Assembly (NCBI GenBank): GCA_963817385.1
Contig: CAWFOM010000006.1
Span: 160,001-224,000, forward strand
Direction: 5' to 3'
Length of the DNA stretch: 64,000 bases
Source of the DNA: an uncultured delta proteobacterium
GTDB lineage: Bacteria; Desulfobacterota; Syntrophia; Syntrophales; UBA5619
Part shown: positions 58,520-64,000 of the stretch, piece after piece
Position numbering within the stretch: the first letter of the stretch is position 1
Layout of the letters: the number at the start of each line of letters is the position of its first letter
The notes under the pieces: generated by a model
What the model was told of the DNA's origin: nothing
Databases searched by the model: none
Seen by the model: the letters and a program-made list of their open reading frames with translations, nothing else
Translations under genes and position numbers: made by a program

Positions 58520-59467
58520 TTACTTCAGGACACGTATCGGTTTGCCGTCGAGAAAGGCGATGATATCTTCAACGGCATCTTGATACATCTTGGTAAGGTT
58601 TTCTTCAGTAACATAACCGATATGGGGCGTCAGGAGCACATTGTCCAGACCCCTAATTGCATCATCCGCCGGCAGAGGTTCGACGTCATATACATCAATG
58701 GCCGCCCCGGCAATTCTTTTCTCCCGTAACACCCTGATCAGCTCTCGCCCGTCGACAACCCGCCATCTTGAGGTGTTGATGAGATAAGATGTCGGTTTCA
58801 TCAACCCCAGCTCCCGGGCGCCGACTATGCCGATCGTGCGATCGCTCAGAATGACATGGATCGAGAGGACATCGGACTGACGGAACAACTCATCCTTTTC
58901 GACGCGACGTACATTGCGTTCATTCGCGAGCTCATCGGTCAGATTCTGGCTCCAGGCGATTACCCTCATATCGAAGGCATTTCCCACGGCTGCCACGGCG
59001 CTTCCCAGCTTGCCTAATCCCAGCAGGCCGAGTGTTTTCCCGGCTAAACCGCAGCCCAGGCGGGTCTGCCAGCCTCCCTGTCTCATCGAAACGAATTGTC
59101 CATGAATGTCACGCATGAGCGTGATCATCAGCCCGATGGCTAGCTCAGAGGTTGGGCTGCCGACGCTGCCGGTGCAGCAGACGGTAATGCCCTGCGCATG
59201 TGCCGCGTTCACATCAAAGGACAGATTCCGTTTCCCGGTTGTAATTAAAAGCTTTAATTTTGGAAGACGGAGCAGCAGGCTGGCGGGAAACCGCGTCCGT
59301 TCCCGCATCCCGACGATGATCTCAAAATCGGCCAGGTTTCTTGCTGCAACTTCCTCGCCGCCGAAAGGTTCCTGGAATACGGTAATTTCAGCACGTCTTT
59401 CCAGTCGGTTCCAATTAGCCAATTTTCGCGAGACATTGAAATAATCGTCAAGAATGGCGATGCGCAT
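58520..59467 (-). CDS. D-2-hydroxyacid dehydrogenase family protein
   Basis: 'MRERT', 'GLLGLGKLG', 'INTSR', 'DVYDVEPL', 'LTPHIGY'. Confidence 0.9.
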   Translation of the reverse strand: MRIAILDDYFNVSRKLANWNRLERRAEITVFQEPFGGEEVAARNLADFEIIVGMRERTRFPASLLLRLPKLKLLITTGKRNLSFDVNAAHAQGITVCCTGSVGSPTSELAIGLMITLMRDIHGQFVSMRQGGWQTRLGCGLAGKTLGLLGLGKLGSAVAAVGNAFDMRVIAWSQNLTDELANERNVRRVEKDELFRQSDVLSIHVILSDRTIGIVGARELGLMKPTSYLINTSRWRVVDGRELIRVLREKRIAGAAIDVYDVEPLPADDAIRGLDNVLLTPHIGYVTEENLTKMYQDAVEDIIAFLDGKPIRVLK

Positions 59468-59664
59468 AAGGTTCTCCTGTTGATTGATAAGGTATTGCTT
59501 TTCCGAGGGTAAAGTATATTAAGAAGGATTTTATGTGTCAAGAGGAGCTTGGCACAAAATCCGGAGTTCGACGATCATTACCGAAATGGGCCAGACCATG
59601 ACGCCACCCTAGAAAAAGTGCAAAATGGTGACGGGGCGATGCATTCACCGATTGGAAAGCTTTC

Positions 59665-61299
59665 TTAGGCGTGCCCGATGGCGTTCCAGTTGACCGCGAA
59701 TTCGAACCACTTCCCGCGGGTACGATCGTCGAGATCCAGGGCGGGCTCTCGCGTTCTCTCCGTCGCCCGTAGAGGAATCCCGTTGCTCAACGTTTCATAC
59801 AGGTCGATATATCTGTCAACCATCTTTTCCGGATCGTATTCCTGCCGGGTTTCCCGCATAATCCGCTTGATCTGCGGTTCGCGGACATCACAGGGAAGCC
59901 GGTGGAATTGAACGGCCCGGGAGAGGCCGTACCAGAGCCCATTGACATCATAATCCCGGAAAAGGAAGCCGTTGCCCCTATCTTTAGGCTTGCCGTTATC
60001 ACTGAGGAGCAACTCCCGGATCTTATCATGGTACCCGCCCGTATCGCGGTTGGTGGCCGTGGCCCCGAACAGGTTCCCGACCTGATCGATCTGCCCGCAC
60101 GGCTCGTATAATGAGGCGCCGAATACATCGCTTGCCGCGGCAAAACCGAGCATCGACAGGGGTTCGCTGAAGCGCTGGTAGGTTATTTTCCCCTCCGAGG
60201 CGCAGGCAATCCGTCCGCAGATCACTTCGTGGGTCCGGTCATTGCCGACACCGTTTCCGACAATGGCAATCTGCGTGTCACCGTGGGTCATGACGAACTT
60301 GTGGGCGATCGCCTCGAGCAGCTCGATGCCTTTTTGGGAAGGGTCGAGACGCGATGGCCAGTACAAAAGGATCTTTTTGGGGTCAATGACCAACCCGGTC
60401 CGTTTCTGGAATTCGACGAGATTCTCCCGCTTGGCGGCGATGACGTTGTTCTCGGGGCCGTATCTCCGAACAAGATGCTCGCTTTTCTCGGGGTACATGT
60501 TTCCGGCCGGGGCGTTAAGAATGGCCCGCGTTGCCCCGAAATCATGCTTGAGCCTGACCTCCTGGCGGACGCTTGGGCAAATGATAGGCCGATCAGAAAA
60601 GTGACCTTCGACGATTTCCTCAAGAAACCTGTTCCCAACAAAATTGACGAGACTGGCATTCTTAATGGCCGTGGTCTGGCAGTCAATCGCATGTTTTCCC
60701 TGATCCAGCGAGTGATAAAGATAATCGGACAGCCTTCCCGTATCGACACCGAAGAGCAGGTCGAAGGGGATATGGCCGGTATGGACGTTGTGGAGCGTAT
60801 GGAGAACCGGACACTCCTGCATCTTTGCATAAGCCGTGATGATGCCTCCCGCCATCCAGTCATGGCTGTGGATGATCAGGTGGCCGCCATTTTTAGCGCG
60901 GATTCGGGGAATGATTTGATTGACCATAGTTTTCTGGAATTCGGCTGCGTTCTGAACGGGATCGCCGGTGTAGGCGTCGGGTAGGTTTTCGAAGAGAGCG
61001 GAGCTGACCAGATGGATTCGGTCCGGATCGATGGTGGTGGTAATCCTGCGCCACTGATCGTCATTGAGTCCGTTTTCCTGCTGAAAACGCCTGCTCAGGT
61101 TCAACGTGGCCAGATGACATTCGATGCCCCGCTGTGTCAGTCCTTCACAGAGCGCCGAGATCACCTCGCCCAACCCGCCGCTCTTACCGGAAATGTAACG
61201 GGCCAGGGGACCCATGTCGTCGGGCAGTCGTCCCGTTTCCGGTGCAATCAGCAGGATCGCCATCTTCCTGTGTTTGCGATTGATGATATGATATCCCAT
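59665..61299 (-). CDS. Glycogen/starch synthase-like glycosyltransferase (GT5)
   Basis: 'KSGGLG', 'HSHDW', 'TLHN', 'SRLDPSQKG', 'SLYEPCG', 'DTGG..D'; RBS GGAGG. Confidence 0.85.
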   Translation of the reverse strand: MGYHIINRKHRKMAILLIAPETGRLPDDMGPLARYISGKSGGLGEVISALCEGLTQRGIECHLATLNLSRRFQQENGLNDDQWRRITTTIDPDRIHLVSSALFENLPDAYTGDPVQNAAEFQKTMVNQIIPRIRAKNGGHLIIHSHDWMAGGIITAYAKMQECPVLHTLHNVHTGHIPFDLLFGVDTGRLSDYLYHSLDQGKHAIDCQTTAIKNASLVNFVGNRFLEEIVEGHFSDRPIICPSVRQEVRLKHDFGATRAILNAPAGNMYPEKSEHLVRRYGPENNVIAAKRENLVEFQKRTGLVIDPKKILLYWPSRLDPSQKGIELLEAIAHKFVMTHGDTQIAIVGNGVGNDRTHEVICGRIACASEGKITYQRFSEPLSMLGFAAASDVFGASLYEPCGQIDQVGNLFGATATNRDTGGYHDKIRELLLSDNGKPKDRGNGFLFRDYDVNGLWYGLSRAVQFHRLPCDVREPQIKRIMRETRQEYDPEKMVDRYIDLYETLSNGIPLRATERTREPALDLDDRTRGKWFEFAVNWNAIGHA

Positions 61300-61587
61300 G
61301 TCAACCTCCAACCAAGTACACATTCTGGCGATTGTTTAGTGTAAAGTGTTAATAAAATCGATAATGATAAAACGGAAGGTATCTGGTAAGCGAAAACTAT
61401 CACCTCTCCTGTGTGTTCAACGCCTCGAAGCCGGAGCGCATGTTGACCAGTACTCTCCGACACCATCTCGTACATAGTAAACATTAATATTGTCACTATT
61501 TCCGGCCATGCCGCTTTTCAAACCCTCTTTTTTTATAATTCATTAAATGATGTTTAGCTAAAGTGGAGAGTACGTGTACTTCAATAC

Positions 61588-61604
61588 AGCACAGGGCATG
61601 CCAA
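61588..61604 (-). promoter_or_regulatory. Sigma54 (-24/-12) promoter upstream of the glycogen-synthase-like gene
   Basis: TTGGCATGCCCTGTGCT (GG-N10-GC) in an AT-rich divergent intergenic region. Confidence 0.6.
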
Positions 61605-61979
61605 ACTTGTATAATTATACAACTATATGTGTTTACACGGTAATCCGATCATAATTCATTGTTGGGTTTTCTCTTGAAAGGATTTTTCATACATATCATT
61701 GAGAAAAAGTCGGTATTTCCCTGCATAAAAAACTTAAAATAGCTGAGGAACTGATGAAGCATTGAAGGGCAGGCTCTTCAAAAAACTTCTTATAACATGC
61801 GCAGTCATAATGGCGTCGATCGCGAAAAATACGGACGACACCCATTAATGCTCCATCCCGTATCGTCGGAACGGACTGCTATCTCAAAACAGCTTACCGC
61901 GATAAAATCTCCTTGACATACCAGGCAGCCTTTCTTATCCTCATAGTGCATAAACGCAATATTCCATGATAATAATCAG

Positions 61980-62669
61980 ATGAGATATCGTAATAATCAG
62001 ATAAAGCAGATGAAGCGACTGGTAAACAAATCTGAAGACGAGCTTCGCAAGCGAATCGAGACGCTTGAAAGGGAAAACGATACATTGAAATCCCTCCTCC
62101 TGACCGATGAACTTACGGGTCTTTACAATAAAAGGTTTTTTTACATCCAGTTGGAAGTTGAAACTTCGCGCACGCGACGTACAGGGCAGCCGTGCACACT
62201 CATGTTGATTGATGTAGACAATTTTAAACTCGTCAATGATACCTTTGGACATGATGCCGGAGACCAATTCCTCGTGCAGATAGGGGGAATCATTAAGAAT
62301 GATCTTCGTGTTACGGATTTTGCCTGCAGGTTTGGCGGTGATGAATTTTCTGTCATTATGCCGGCATCAAATATCAATGACAGCTTCAGCATAGCAAAGC
62401 GCATAAAGAGTTCTGTGGCGAAGTTGGCCTCCACGCTGCATGTTGATATCAGGGAACATCTATCGGCTAGCTTCGGGCTTACCGCCTATGAGGCGCATGA
62501 CCCAACAAGCGTTGTTGACTTCTTCAAGCAGGCGGATTTGGAATTGTATGAAGCGAAAAAAATGGGAAAGAATCGGATTTCTTGTGGCCGTGCCATGGGG
62601 ACAGAGATGACGACCGTAAGCGCCGCAGAGAAGGCCGCTCTTGCTAAGCTTATGACGCATAACAGGTAA
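61980..62669 (+). CDS. Diguanylate cyclase (coiled coil + GGDEF); start may be 62010
   Basis: 'DELTGLYN', 'DVDNFKLVNDTFGH', I-site RVTD, 'RFGGDEF'. Confidence 0.9.
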   Translation: MRYRNNQIKQMKRLVNKSEDELRKRIETLERENDTLKSLLLTDELTGLYNKRFFYIQLEVETSRTRRTGQPCTLMLIDVDNFKLVNDTFGHDAGDQFLVQIGGIIKNDLRVTDFACRFGGDEFSVIMPASNINDSFSIAKRIKSSVAKLASTLHVDIREHLSASFGLTAYEAHDPTSVVDFFKQADLELYEAKKMGKNRISCGRAMGTEMTTVSAAEKAALAKLMTHNR

Positions 62670-62685
62670 TGGATAGGAGAATCGG

Positions 62686-63429
62686 ATGGCAATAAAACCG
62701 CTGATTGTATCGGTAACCAGTGGCAAAGGCGGGGTAGGAAAGACCTTTGTATCAATCAATCTCGCCACGACCCTGGCGAAGAGAGGGAAAAAGATACTAG
62801 TCGTGGATTGTGATCTCGGTTTGGCAAATATTGACATTATGTTGGGGATGAGCCCCAAGGTTACTTTACAGGATGTCATCTTCGGGAATCTGGAACTAAA
62901 AGATGTCATCATTCCGACAAAGGGTGGATTCGATCTTATTCCCTCCAGCTCGGGTGTCCGCGAGATGGCGCAACTCCTTTTTGAGAAGATCGAACTCATC
63001 AAGGCCATGATCCGTTCGTTCACTGATTATGATGTGATCCTTTTGGATACGGGTGCTGGTATTTCAGAGGTAGTCCTTCAGTTCAACCTCTTGGCATCAA
63101 AGAATCTTGTGATCATCAACAGGGAACTTACCTGTCTGACTGATGCCTACTCCATGATCAAGGTCATGTTTCAAGTGTTCGGCCGTGAGGCCTTTAGTAT
63201 TGTAGTGAATAATGTTGGCGATGAAAAAGAAGCGGATCGTCTTTTTTCCCATCTTGATTCGATCGGTAAAAAGTTTTTGGGATTTTCCCTGCATAATCTC
63301 GGGTATATTGCAGCGGACGATGCAGTTCCGAAGTCCATATTGAGGCAGGAGTTGATAGTGCTAACGGAACCAACGTCTCGAGTAGCGCAAAATTTCAGGC
63401 GGATCTCCGAAACGCTCCTCTCCCGTTAA
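62686..63429 (+). CDS. MinD/FlhG (FleN)-family ATPase
   Basis: 'SGKGGVGKT', 'DCDLGLANIDIMLG', 'LDTGAGIS', 'TDAYSMIK'. Confidence 0.88.
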   Translation: MAIKPLIVSVTSGKGGVGKTFVSINLATTLAKRGKKILVVDCDLGLANIDIMLGMSPKVTLQDVIFGNLELKDVIIPTKGGFDLIPSSSGVREMAQLLFEKIELIKAMIRSFTDYDVILLDTGAGISEVVLQFNLLASKNLVIINRELTCLTDAYSMIKVMFQVFGREAFSIVVNNVGDEKEADRLFSHLDSIGKKFLGFSLHNLGYIAADDAVPKSILRQELIVLTEPTSRVAQNFRRISETLLSR

Positions 63430-63899
63430 CCTGCATTGTCCTTAATGCAGACATCCACCGCAAATGAACCATCGACTGTAGTGAAGGGAATCACGATGCT
63501 CGAAGTACCGAGCATGTGCTCAATGGTGTGATCTTTCCCCGTTACTACGGAAGGGAGCGATGCGGAGATCGTCATCCGTTCGCTTTGGAGTCTCTTGCGG
63601 GCATCACCGGAAATCATGTTCGTTAACTCACCCACAGCATCTTCAATATCTCGGGTTATTGTGGAGAACTCCTCGCCCACCATGTTGGACACGATTTTCA
63701 GGATACACTTCTCGGAAAAACTGACCGCCATTGATCCCACCACCGATCCAGTAAAGCCGATGAGTCCCGACACATCACCATAGGCATCAACACCTTTCTT
63801 CAGATATGGTCCTCCGGCGGCGGAATCGATAAATGCCATCGTTTTTATAACGTTGACGGTACTATCGGCAAAAGCATTGATAATTTTGACGTCCATCAT
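63426..63899 (-). CDS. cheX: CheY-P phosphatase CheX
   Basis: 'DVSGLIGFTG', 'DAVGELTNMISG' (ExxN), 'LPSVVTG'. Confidence 0.88.
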   Translation of the reverse strand: MMDVKIINAFADSTVNVIKTMAFIDSAAGGPYLKKGVDAYGDVSGLIGFTGSVVGSMAVSFSEKCILKIVSNMVGEEFSTITRDIEDAVGELTNMISGDARKRLQSERMTISASLPSVVTGKDHTIEHMLGTSSIVIPFTTVDGSFAVDVCIKDNAG

Positions 63900-64000
63900 T
63901 CACCTGCTCTTGAAGTTTCAATTGTCATGCAGTGCATATAGCAAAAAATCTAATCAGTAACGGGTCACTATCCTTGTGGTTGTTGGGCGGTCGAATCGGA

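Noticed and set aside
59549..59565. Sigma54 site at TTGGCACAAAATCCGG
   Set aside because: Lacks GC at the -12 position
1..64000. CRISPR array, tRNA, rRNA, intact transposase, integrase or phage genes
   Set aside because: None recognised by eye; a covariance-model scan is needed to exclude small RNAs

Overview
GC-rich bacterial chromosome segment. Gene content (hemD-hemB-ahbD, CheX, FmdB zinc ribbon, sigma54 site) suggests an anaerobic deltaproteobacterium/Desulfobacterota; this taxonomy is inference. Layout: (1) core heme genes and polA (1-5177). (2) A variable zone (~5.2-35 kb) of cargo blocks with no integrase. One block is bracketed by a duplicated 3' end of polA (28 bp), the next by a duplicated 3' end of an ABC-F ATPase gene (220 bp, about 93% identical), and a third ABC-F fragment lies at ~28.3 kb. 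Cargo includes a GntR/TctC/racemase-family/glycerate-kinase-like/atypical-enolase module, a CHASE-GGDEF-EAL protein, a cell-wall glycan hydrolase operon, a HigBA-like TA pair, tctCBA and a hybrid kinase. (3) An ATP-grasp/7TM-transglutaminase-like/aspartyl-protease trio and envelope/housekeeping genes (35-46.6 kb). (4) An 11.7-kb uncharacterised lipid biosynthesis cluster (46.8-58.5 kb) with four radical SAM enzymes (two B12-dependent), ACP, two intact ketosynthases, two dehydratases, a thioesterase, a deacetylase and its own PlsY; this is the strongest candidate for a novel system. (5) A dehydrogenase, a glycogen-synthase-like gene, a diguanylate cyclase, FlhG/MinD and CheX. Several single-base frameshifts in otherwise intact genes are most likely long-read sequencing errors. 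No rRNA, tRNA or CRISPR array was seen. All family assignments come from visual motif recognition, not database searches.
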